The position numbers and the translations under genes are program-made. From contig NW_026250423.1 in assembly GCF_024521635.1 (NCBI RefSeq), positions 372,001 to 436,000 of the forward strand: DNA of 64,000 nucleotides, read 5' to 3'. This stretch comes from Tricharina praecox. Taxonomy: Eukaryota. Under the pieces are notes generated by a model. The model was not told the DNA's origin, ran no database searches, and worked only from the letters and a program-made list of their open reading frames with translations. This document shows, in pieces, positions 1 to 10,802 of this stretch. Numbering within the stretch: position 1 is the first letter of the stretch; every line of letters starts with the position of its first letter.

Positions 1-759
1 GGTGTTTCTGAGTCGAGATTTAGGTGTGGTGAATGTAGTGGAGTGGGTGGGTGACGAGTCCTGGGAGAGAAGTCAGGATACAACAGCACAAGTTGGTTTT
101 TTTTTGCGTCCTGTGGTGTGGGTGAGCCCGATTGGTCGGCGTGTCCTCGCAAACGTGCAGTCGGTCAGCGAATCAAGCGCTGGAAAGCTTCAACGAGTGG
201 TGCGACGGAAAGAGTCAGAGCTGGGGTAGACGAAATGCACCCGGACCGGCGACACCCAAACGGGAATACGGATACGCTCCAGGTTGAGAACCCGAGGAAC
301 AGGGTGGAGAGGTCGTGCGATTGCACTGAACGGAAGCAAGTCACAATTCAAAACTGGGCCCACAGATCTTGGTTGGTCGTGAGAAGGCTGGCGGAAAAGG
401 GAGGGTAGGATGGGAAGGAGAGGGACGTTAGGGGCGAGTGACATTTTGTGAGGGGCTGTGGAAAACATCCCTAGTACGTCATTGTTCCAAATAGCTAGTC
501 TAAATGGATTGCTGCTCAAAAACATCGTAGTATGTAAACAGAGTGAAACTTTGAGTGTGACGGTGAACTTTGATGGCGATGATTTAGCCACGTGAAATCA
601 CTCGTCGAATGACAACAGTCGATGTTGATGAATAGATTTGGGGCCGCGAAGGATGCCTATTTGTGGCGCCCAGGCCGTGCTTAGCCCAGCGTGTCCTATA
701 TGCTGGGACAGTCAGATATGTACTGACCAGTAAATTTTACGGTTGACGATCGCACATCA

Positions 760-1278
760 TTAGATGCAATCTCGCTCCCGAGTCACCCCCCGCTTTCGCG
801 GGCCCTGAACCCTCGACGTCGAGTCCAGCGGCAAAGCGCTTGTGTGCGGATATGTAGAGAGTAAGCACGCTGGCGGTAGCGCAAAGGCCCATGTATTATT
901 CGGATACATATTCCGGATATTTGAGTCTCCGTAGGTATTGGGTTGTTTGAGTCTCCGTAGGTATTGGGTTGTTTGCTTTTGTTGCATTTGCCGTTCTTCC
1001 CCGCTGTTCCACCCCTTCCCCGCTATTCCATGTTTCCGTGCCTGGTTCTCAACATCCGGAGCACCTAAAACCCTTACATCAGACCCGGCGATCGCTGCCC
1101 ACTGCTGCAATGCACAAAACTTCTGCTGCAGATTTTTTCCCAGCCGGCAAGGGCGAGCACACGACACCGCACTCGCCGTTTTATGCTCATGTTTGTCCAA
1201 GAAGTATCGAGCATGTACATCATAGGTAGCAGGTGACCACCGGGCGGGAACGGAGTGCGGGGGGATGGACGTCGACAC
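760..1278 (-). CDS. Possible small orphan ORF (may be spurious or a pseudogene)
   Basis: 172-aa ORF with no recognisable motif. A 26-bp tandem duplication inside it changes the C-terminal frame. Confidence 0.2.
   Translation of the reverse strand: MSTSIPPHSVPARWSPATYDVHARYFLDKHEHKTASAVSCARPCRLGKNLQQKFCALQQWAAIAGSDVRVLGAPDVENQARKHGIAGKGWNSGEERQMQQKQTTQYLRRLKQPNTYGDSNIRNMYPNNTWAFALPPACLLSTYPHTSALPLDSTSRVQGPRKRGVTRERDCI
920..975. repeat. 26-bp direct tandem duplication
   Basis: TTTGAGTCTCCGTAGGTATTGGGTTG at 920-945 and 946-971, followed by TTTG. Confidence 0.9.
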
Positions 1279-3815
1279 TAGACACTAGACGAGCTTACCG
1301 CACGCGCGGCCGTTCGTCCGCCCGAGTCGATCCCGCCCGCCCCGCTTGCCGCCTGGATATCACTCGGGATTCGGTTCCCTCTTTTTTTTTCGAGTTTTAA
1401 AATTTGGTCTTGACTTCTGAGCCTGCCCCCCTACTGCAGGTACACACGGTTATAGATGTCCCACTCGGATCCCGATGTGCACGAACTCTATAGTGCTCGG
1501 CTTAGCTTCACGGTCGAGGACTACTGGTTACCCAGTTAGACCGGACAGGCTCCCATGAATGCGAACCTCCCACCACCACCCCCCACTACTACTCACCACG
1601 ACCACGTGCTGCAATGGCGGCGTGTATGTATCATTCTCTATGTACCTTCCGCTTGCTATGTACATATTTGTGACAGGGTGACGACGTGAGCTGCTTCTTC
1701 TCGTTTTCTCGGCGCCGCGTCCGCCGCAACTGCCGGTACCTAGAGTAGATACATAGTGGGGGTTCCGTGTGCACAGTTTTCCGGCAGCGGAGATCGTGAG
1801 ATGAGAAGAAAAAATGAAGGTGAAAGGACTACATACGGTACATACAAATTTCCTTTCGTTGAGATCTCCAGCTTCAGGAACCTCCAGATGGTCTACATAT
1901 GTACATACAAAGCGAGAAGGCTCGGACCCTCCCCCGACCTACGTAAGTTCCTTCCTTCTCTTGCTAGCTGGGCCTACATATGTATGTACATAGGGGATTA
2001 ACATCGTCATCGACCATATTCGGGAGAAATTCAAAACAGCCGCGTTCTAAGTTCTTGGCTGGCCAAGAAGCTCTAGTTTCCTTTCCGCGGTGCGGGGTAA
2101 CTTACTCATGCAAACAAGAGTTCAAACGGAAATTATCTACATACGGCTGAAAAGGGAAGGAAAAAAAATGGAAAACGACAGCGTCAAGCGTTTTGATTGG
2201 CTACCGATATGCTTCCATATGTACCTAAGTAAGAATGGAATGCGAGCTGGACGGATAGATAGATTACCTTCGGTGGTGGAAGTTTGGGGGGGAATTACCA
2301 TAGGTAACTGCATGGGTGGGATACATATCATATGTACTTCTACTTAGGCACCCAGCTCACATCGGACATATGTAGTTCAAAGAAGACTTCAGGAAGCATC
2401 CATCACAGGTGAACTTATGCATGATATGTAGTTCCGGTAGCTGAATGCGAGATTGATTGCGCTGCCGCGGTGCCAGGCTCAGATTGGCATTTCGAAGGAG
2501 GGCTTCATATATGTAGTACCGTAGGAAGTTAGTTAGCATAGGAGGGCAACACTAGATTTCGCAACCCCCCAGGTGGACCGTGGCTGATGACGCACGCTAG
2601 ATAGCTCACGGCGCACGCAGAAAAGACACCGGGACGGTTCCGTAAAGACCGCGAAGTTCTATCCAATCCCAACTTGAGATTAATGATGTGATGAAGTTGT
2701 CATAAGCAACTATCTTCTTTCAACGGACTACTATGGCCGGTCGGTCTTTTATGGACGGATAGCAGAGACCAACAAGTCATAACCAGTGTGCACGATGGGA
2801 TGAAATGCGGTATGAGTCACTGGGAATCACCCGACGAAGTCATATAGCGCGATGGACGGTTATTTGCACACTTCCCCGGCAGTCTAGAAAGGCTATATGC
2901 GAAGTAAATTGATGTTCTTCATCTCACACACTTCACCAGTATGGATTGGTTTCTTTTGGTCGGTCGTATTTGTACCTACGGGGGATCCTACTCCGATAAC
3001 CTATTGCGTGTACTGGTCGACTGCAGAGGTCAGTTGAGTTGGGCATGAAAGACGTCCGGTTGGTTACTTTTCAACACCTCTCGTTAGACTTTCATGAATC
3101 GCGTTGGTCAGTAGTGATAGTATATGACGAAAAGTAGTGTTCAACGGTCTCCCGACGTAGAGAGCGTTTCTGGTGTCCAGAAACCTCCACAATCGTTGTG
3201 CCCGTATAGGATGATGCTCTTCGGATGGACATTTGTCTGGAGACCCGGTTTAACGGCGTTGGAACAGCGGAGGAGAAGTTCATGTGACAGGCCAAGCATC
3301 GCCAACCTTCAAGGATCTTGAGTCGAGAGACCAGGAGGAACTCGCCTTAGAGGCATAGGTACCTATCCCGTGATGAGAGTGTCGTCACAAGTGGGATTCC
3401 ATTGCTAGGCTTGTTCAGACCGAGATTTTGGAGTACATAGGCGCAACGGAGAGAATCGGCCAGTGGACGGGTGTTCGTAGCTGTGACTCCTTTCCCTCAA
3501 GTGATATAATTCACAACATAATTCGGAACCTACGTACCCATGTACCATAGAAGCGCCGTTTAGCGAATCGACTGACTGAACGCACATCTATCGTGCTAAG
3601 CGGTGGGGTGAAGGCGAGGGGAAAGTTGAAAACAATAGCCTTCTAGGTACATGCTGTTGTTGCCTTAGGTGACAGTCACATAGGCTGGCGTTTGATTGCC
3701 GGATGCGCTAGATGTTCGCGATGGATCAAAGGACGGGCGGATAATTTGCTTGCCCGATGAAAACTCTTGTTTGAGATGTCGAGGAGAAAGATGCCTAGCT
3801 ACATACATATAAAAG

Positions 3816-4214
3816 TAGAGGGATTTTGCAGTCGAGTTGGGGATGTAAGTTGGCTATGATGTTAGTGCAATTTCCCGTATCGAACCCAAACTTCAGAAAA
3901 AGAGGTTTTGCAAATCCCGGGTTGGGGATGAGGATAGTGTGGCGCTACCAAGGGGACTTACGCAAGCCAAGCTCACCATGTCAACGCTATTCCTCTGCTA
4001 TTCCTTATGTGCCCTAGAAGAGCATGTTTACTATTCCCAACACAGCCAACTATAACTTTTTAGCGGTGTTTACAGGTTCGGGTTCCAACGCCAACCTGTG
4101 GAGTTTGGGATGTGTTGTGGTTATGTAAATTAACCGGTTGTCCCAGTTACATCCCATTTCTCATCCCAAACTCGATCCCAAACTCGATCCCAAGCCCATT
4201 GCAAAATCCCTCTA
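3816..4214. mobile_element. Non-autonomous TIR DNA transposon (MITE), possibly hAT-like
   Basis: Perfect 15-bp inverted repeat TAGAGGGATTTTGCA (3816-3830) / TGCAAAATCCCTCTA (4200-4214). Subterminal GAGTTTGGGAT/ATCCCAAACTC repeats occur in both orientations. No transposase ORF. Confidence 0.7.
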
Positions 4215-5826
4215 GTATATACCTTTGTGATCGAAAGCGAAGGTGGACTTATGCAGGAGATTTTCCGGTGGCTGGGTCAAGCACTTTAGCTAGCATACAA
4301 CTATGCAAGCTTCATTGCGGGCAAAGAGAGCTCGAACAAGTGCTTTGGAGGAGGGCACCGCTAGACAGAGTCGAAGACTTTGAGGTGAAGAATTTTCGTT
4401 TGGAACATCGTTGTCGCCATCATCCATCCATCGGATGTGTGAGGTAGTGGTCACACAGACAAGGGGAGACACAGTTCCAGCGGACAAAGGCCCGGATGCC
4501 TGCTGCCCCCGTTCCCCAGATCGTGTGTACGTGCATGACCGAGTGCGTGTGATGGTTATGGGGTTCTCACGCGTTGACGGAGTTGGCCAACGTTGTTCGA
4601 TTCGGATTTCTTTTGTAACGAGAGTTCGGGAGACAGAAGCTGTTGCTGATGCTGAAGCTTGTGGGGTCCGAGTTAGACCAGCAACCCAGGTAGAATGCCG
4701 TAGTACATGCCTTCCAGAGAACCAGGCCGGCCGCTTTAGCGAGTTTTATGTAACTTTTACCTGCTGTCCGAGTAGGGCCTTTTCACCCGCCGCTGAGTTG
4801 TTGCGTCCTTTTTCTTCGCCAGCCGGTGCGTTCTGGCGGTTCCGCGATCCGGCATGGTGTCTTGTGGTTGAGGAATAGTTACCCAGGTAACTACTGCCGA
4901 TATGTATGTTTTGTTAGCAGCCGTTCCTGTTGACGGGTGGTGATGTCGATTTGGACCGATCTATATGGAGGCTGGACAATCCATCCCGCGATTCCACCCC
5001 CCTCGCCCCAGCGGAATCCCCCACTGTTGTCTCACCTACCAAACAGTTGCCGTCCATCGCCAACAACACCACATTTTTCCCCCTTCATCCTGTTGTTCTC
5101 CATCACCTACAACACCACGCTTCTCCTCCATTCTTTGTACGCGTTGCATGTCTGCATGAACCGGATAGTTGTCGAACTTGCCTCATTTCGGCACGGTGTA
5201 TTTTACACCACTGCTCTCCGGTCCCGCGGAGACATTCCCCCCACACCTTTGACTAAGCCATCCATATGCGCGGCACTGCGCTCGGTGCTAACGTAGGCAA
5301 GTAAGTAACTAAAACTGCCTGCCGAACTTTCGACAAAACTCGTGATTTTCCGGTATGTAACGATTAACTATAGTGCTGAGTGCTGGTCGCTGTCGCTCCT
5401 TTCTCCCCAACACCACCACCACCACCTTAACCCTCACCCTCACCCAGATCCTCCTTCCTTCGTTTTTGCAGCTTCAAAAGCTTTCTCCATACTGCCACTC
5501 ACACTTCCTACAGCCGCTTGCCTGCATCCGCGTTTACATACTACAAGAATCCATCTCAATCGTTCTGCGCTCACGTCCATCGTTGGGGCAGTGCCTTCTC
5601 ACATTCATCCGCTTGTGGCCCACACGCGGGCAACCCCAATCGCAGTAGTTCGCGAACTCCGTCGCCGTCGGACATTGTCGCCATCACCACCGCCGCCACC
5701 GCCGCTGCTCCAGCCTTCCCCGCGACTCGACCGAAGTCGAGGTTTTAACCGCCGCCCGGACTCCCGGAAACTACCACCCTTCGATCGCCTGAACCGTCCA
5801 GCGTGCGCTCTTTTTGGAAGCCTGCT

Positions 5827-7931
5827 ATGAACGACAATGTCTCGCCGATGTGGCACCAAGCCCACGACTCGGGAATCGACAACGGAGCCCCCGATTTGAA
5901 TGACGATTTTTCTACGTTTTTGAATTTTGGTGACCTGCCGCTGGGCTTGACGTCGCCCTTCGATGCTGGTGGGAACGATGGGGGGGATTCCTTGACGATG
6001 GACACAGACTTTTGTCTGGATGGGAATAATTCGCATAACTCGACGGGAGGCGGGAATGGGATGTCTGGCGTCACGCAGGCCGAACTCATGGAAATGCAAT
6101 TCCACGAAATGCAAAAATCGATGGCCCAAGCGCAGATGATGAGTCGCCAACATGGCATGCACCATCATCACCACCACCACCATGGCATGATCCCGCCGAC
6201 GCCGACGAGTATGGAGATGCATGCGGGCCTTCCGCAGGCGACGCTCCACAACATACATCCTCAGATGATGATGGACCGCTTCAGTATGTACAGAGAGGAG
6301 CCAGTGAGTCAGCCCGTCCCTCGCGGACCCTTTGCACGACTAATTCGCCCCAACAGATGATCTTCACCCCTCTCGTATCGCCAGCGGTTACCCCTCTCGA
6401 GACCGAGTATTCGCGCCAGATACCGGATTTTGTCATGCCGTTCAGCCCGTTGACATCTCCCGCGCTCGACGCCCACCAACACCGTACCCACATGCCAAAT
6501 CCCCATGTGTCACATAAGGGCAACCAGATGTCGACGCACGTGGAGTCCGGACAATCGCCGATGATCGGAAAGAAGGGCAGCGGCAATAATGGCAGCGGTG
6601 GTCGGCGGAGGTCAGTCACCTCCCGTACTCCTGCGAGAGTCGTTCGGGAGTCGCCGAGCATGAAGCCGCAGAGAAAGCGGCCACCGCCGCCACTGGCTGC
6701 AGCGCCGCTGCTCGCCAATGCTTTGGCGCAACAGGCGCAAACATCATATCCGCCGCCTCTGACGATACCTCAGAGCGCCAGGAGGACTTCGTCGACGCCC
6801 GGTACTTCGCGGCAAAACACTCCGACGCAGCAACCCATGAGCCGGGGGAGCTCTTCGAACGAATCGGTTTCGCCGGAGCCTCTTCCTGAGGTCTTGATGG
6901 CACCGCCGCCTCGCCGGACTTCGAGCGCAAAGGAAGATGGGTTTGGCACGCAGAAAACGTTCAGCGCACCCATGACGCCGGCCACCCTCATGCGACTGCC
7001 TCCAACAAATGTACACTCCGATGATACCCCACCGATATCCATGGATACCGCCGAATACTTGAATCGGGAAGTGGAAGTCACGGATGCATCGAAAGCGAGC
7101 ATGCACGGGTCGGAAAATGGCGACGAGATGCCAACGCCTACTATGCGTGCCCCTAGCAGCAGCAGAACACCGTCGTTGACGCCGTCATTGAGACTTTCGG
7201 CCTCGAGTAGCGTGCGGACGTCACGGCACACTTCACCACTGGACCCCGTCAACTCTGGCGCGACCACAAGGAAGGAGCCGGCGCGGATACGCAAGCGCGG
7301 AAGCGTATCGTCGAGTCCAGCTCTTCAGCCCAAGATCTCGCAGATCTCGCCGAGCATAAAACCACTTTTGCCGCAGGGTAACTATTACAGCCCCAACCAT
7401 GCCGGATATGTTGTTGATGGATACACAGGCATGTCCCCAGACGCCTCCGCCTTCCTCCTCGCCTCAAAAAGCAACTACCAGAACATCGTTGAAGGCAACC
7501 ACAGCCATTTGGGGTTGCAATATCCCGAGCACCTCTCTACGAATCTGACCTCGAAGCGAACGTCTCACAAGATCGCCGAACAAGGAAGACGAAATAGAAT
7601 CAACAATGCATTGGCGGAGATGGCGAGCCTTCTGCCGACACCCAGTGCCAGCCAGGGAGAGTCGGCGCCAGGCAAGGAGCAAACCAGCAAGGCCAGCACG
7701 GTCGAGCTGGCGATCGAGTACATCCACCAGCTGAAGACGGAGTTGCAGGGCACCAAGAGCCTGTTGAAGGAGGCGGAAAAGAAGTTGGAGCAGTACGGGT
7801 GCACCGACAGCAATACAAGCGCCGCGAAGAATGATATGGAAGGAATGGAAAAGACGGCAGTGACCATGAGTCCAGGGAACAACGAGGCTGAGGCAGCGGT
7901 GCCGTCGCCGGGTGTTGCGGTTTCCGCTTGA
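5827..7931 (+). CDS. nuc-1: Phosphate-response bHLH transcription factor (PHO4/NUC-1/PalcA family)
   Basis: ATG at 5827; intron 6304-6356 (GTGAGT..GACTAAT..CAG); probable in-frame intron 7378-7428. Family motifs FTPLVSPAVTPL, FSPLTSPAL, LLASKSNYQNIVEG. bHLH KRTSHKIAEQGRRNRINNAL...SKASTVELAIEYIHQL. Confidence 0.9.
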
Positions 7932-9147
7932 ACTGGACAACTTACATGGGATGGTCATGATGCGACGATAATCTAATGGATGATGAGTTCAACCTCTCTT
8001 TTGGATAGGAAAGGAAAGGAGGGAAGGGGAGTCGAGTCGCTTTGTTCGCGATCGAGCCGGCGTATATTTTGGACCGGGGTCTTTTTTTTGGTTTTTTTTT
8101 TCTTCCTTCTTCTTCTTTGCTTTTATGTGGGAGTTAATTTGTTTGTCTTTTCTTTTCTTTTTTGATCTTTCAAAAATCGGCACTTGCTTTCCTTGCTTCT
8201 CCTCTGACTGTAAATTTTCTCTCACCCAGGTTTTCTTTTCTCTTTTCTTTTCTCTTTACCTTTTCTTTTTTACTTTCCGGTGGTTTGTTTCGGTTCGCAG
8301 CTTATTCTTGGGGGAGGAGGGGGGTGGTAACCAACTAACTGGGGGGCTGAGGCGGAGCACAGAGGCGTATGGCGGCGGTTTGCTTTCTTCGTTTTCTTCG
8401 TTTCTCGTACAGTTTTCTCTTGTGGCTTACTCAAGTACTGTATGTATGGTACTGGTTATTGTTTGTTTATATGGCGATATGCCAGGTACTCTACTCAGGA
8501 ATGAAGGAATATCATCCGGTCAAATGGGGGTCAAATGAGGGCTGAGTAGTGAGCACGCAACACACCGCAACGCAACGCAAGTTGGGTACGCAACGACCGA
8601 GATGATGAATAAATCCGTGACCCGTCAACCGCCGCCGCCGGGGTTGAGCCGAGACTCGAGACTCGAGAGAGCGAGGCTCGCTACTCTAGAGTAGGCTGCT
8701 AATCGGTGAGGTAAAGGCTCGAGAGATAAGGTGTGAGAGTCGGGGCGGGGCGGGGCTGAGTAGGATAACGGCGAGCCCCGCGTATACCTATACGCAGGGT
8801 TGTGGATGGGAGAGGGCAGGAATTCGGGGATCCGGGGGGGCGGGGCGGGGGTGGGCGGGGGTGGGTCGGTTAACGGAGTCACGGAGTCGCGGAGGGGAAG
8901 GTGTATATATGGATGTGCTTGAAGTGGAAGGGCGGGGAGCTGATCCCCGCTGGCCCGCTGCCCCGCCTGCCCGCTGGTCACATGCGCACCTAGAGTTTTC
9001 CCCACCTACAGGCTACAGGTTTCCCCACCGCCATATATAGCCGGGAGCAAGCCTCATTGAAGCCGGCTGTTGCTCTACTCTAGTTAGGTGGCGAGAATCG
9101 AGATGGCGTATGCATGGCTAAAAGGGGTTTTAAACAAAAGATCGCGC

Positions 9148-9194
9148 GGGGCTGGGCTGGGCTGGGCGGGCTGGGCGGGCTGGGCAGGCTGGGC
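9148..9194 (+). repeat. GGGCT/GGGC G-rich tandem repeat (G-quadruplex-prone)
   Basis: GGGCTGGGCTGGGCTGGGCGGGCTGGGCGGGCTGGGCAGGCTGGGC. A second G-run cluster lies at about 8835-8865. Confidence 0.7.
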
Positions 9195-10802
9195 GAAAGC
9201 TTGTTCCTCCGCAATTATCTCTCCTCTTTCTCGGGACCTCCGGTAGGTAGATGCGGAGGTACATAGCTTCGGACCCAGCGAGCCCATAGGCCGTTACAAA
9301 TACCGACCGACCGGCCGGCCGGCTGCCTCCTCCGCCGCCAGAACGGTTCGTCGAATATCAGCACCGATATCGGTCCCGGGCGAACTCTGTCTCCAATCAC
9401 ATCCCAATCACATCCCTGCGCTGTTCTTGTGCTTGTAGCATAGTTATACATATACAAACCGTACATGATCGGCTTTGGATTCTGGAGGTGACACGGTTCC
9501 TGGAATTCTGGCAGTAAATATGATGAAAATACATACCCTATGTACCCGACTAATCATGGCAATTGGTTCGGTAGATACGTGATCCCAGGGAGCTCGAGAG
9601 TGCGGTGGGAGTAGCTGACGGAGGGCATGGGCTGGCACTCGAGGCACGGTTCCTTCAGCCTGGATTCCGTTTCACAGACAGATGGTGCAAAAGAAAACCA
9701 CTCGAAAACCCCGCGCAAGAAGGAGCGAAGAAGCCGACTGCCAGACCCTGCAGGGCCGGGCCGGAGGATTATCGGGGCCATGGGATGTCACTCACTCGAA
9801 CCCGCCCACGCCAGGAAAGTAACGGTACGATACGGACGGGCATATGTTCCTACATACCAGCGGCCCAGCCGATTCCAGAATCCGCGTCGTGAAATCACCA
9901 TTCCTTCGCGAGTAGGTATCGTAGGGCGGGGGCAGTAATGGGTTCGGATGGGTGAGTGTGTGAGTGAGTACCTGTGGACTAAGACAGCATGTATGTACTT
10001 GTATTCGACTAAACGGCTCCGCTTTTCGCACCTAGATATCTGCATTTCCTCCTGCCGTCTCGTCGAATGTACCGTATTCGCACACGGCTGTCAGTGTGTC
10101 AGTCTACCATACGGTACACAGTAACTCGCAAAAAAGCTCCCAGTCCCCGGGCGGTTATCGAACCATGAGCTATGTACCTATCGATTCGCCCTCTCGCATC
10201 ACTACATATCACAATGCTCCAGAAGCGATGTTGTGGGGAAGGGACTCTGATATGTGCTTCAAAGCGAAAAAGCTCTGTCAGCCATCAAGCTTTAGTGACA
10301 TACTGAATCACTGAGCGGTATTGTGACAACGGCTTCAAGTAGTCGACATATGTAGGTTTGTTTACCACTGGCCGACACGAATATAATCGACTCGGAGATA
10401 GCATCTTCGTACCATGGCCCAACTGGATACTCAAAAAGCACCAAAGCTGGCCTGAAAGAAAAACGCCAAGAGCTTCTCGGCCACGTGTGGAGGAGAACAA
10501 GGTTTTACGAGTTCGTCACCATCCGAGTTTCACACGCATTGCAGATCATTGAGTGAATCGACTCCTATTTCTATTACATACAATAGAAGATGACGTCGAA
10601 TAAAAGAACAAACACCCAACAGCCCATTGAACCCCGATCGTATCTCATCAATTCATACCCGCAACTTTTGAAGAGAAGGAAGAATGATAAAAGGAAACAA
10701 AAAAAACAGAATGCCCCAGAAAAAAACAAGTTGAAAAAGAGAAAGAAAAAGGTACTAGACTACAAGCCAAATGAAGAAAAACACCCAAAAGAATTATCCC
10801 GT

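Noticed and set aside
1..600. Short ORFs at the window start
   Set aside because: No motifs or consistent splice model; cannot be evaluated without upstream sequence.
589..1608. CACGTG boxes (589, 1603) as NUC-1 autoregulatory sites
   Set aside because: More than 4 kb from the gene, and hexamer frequency is compatible with chance.
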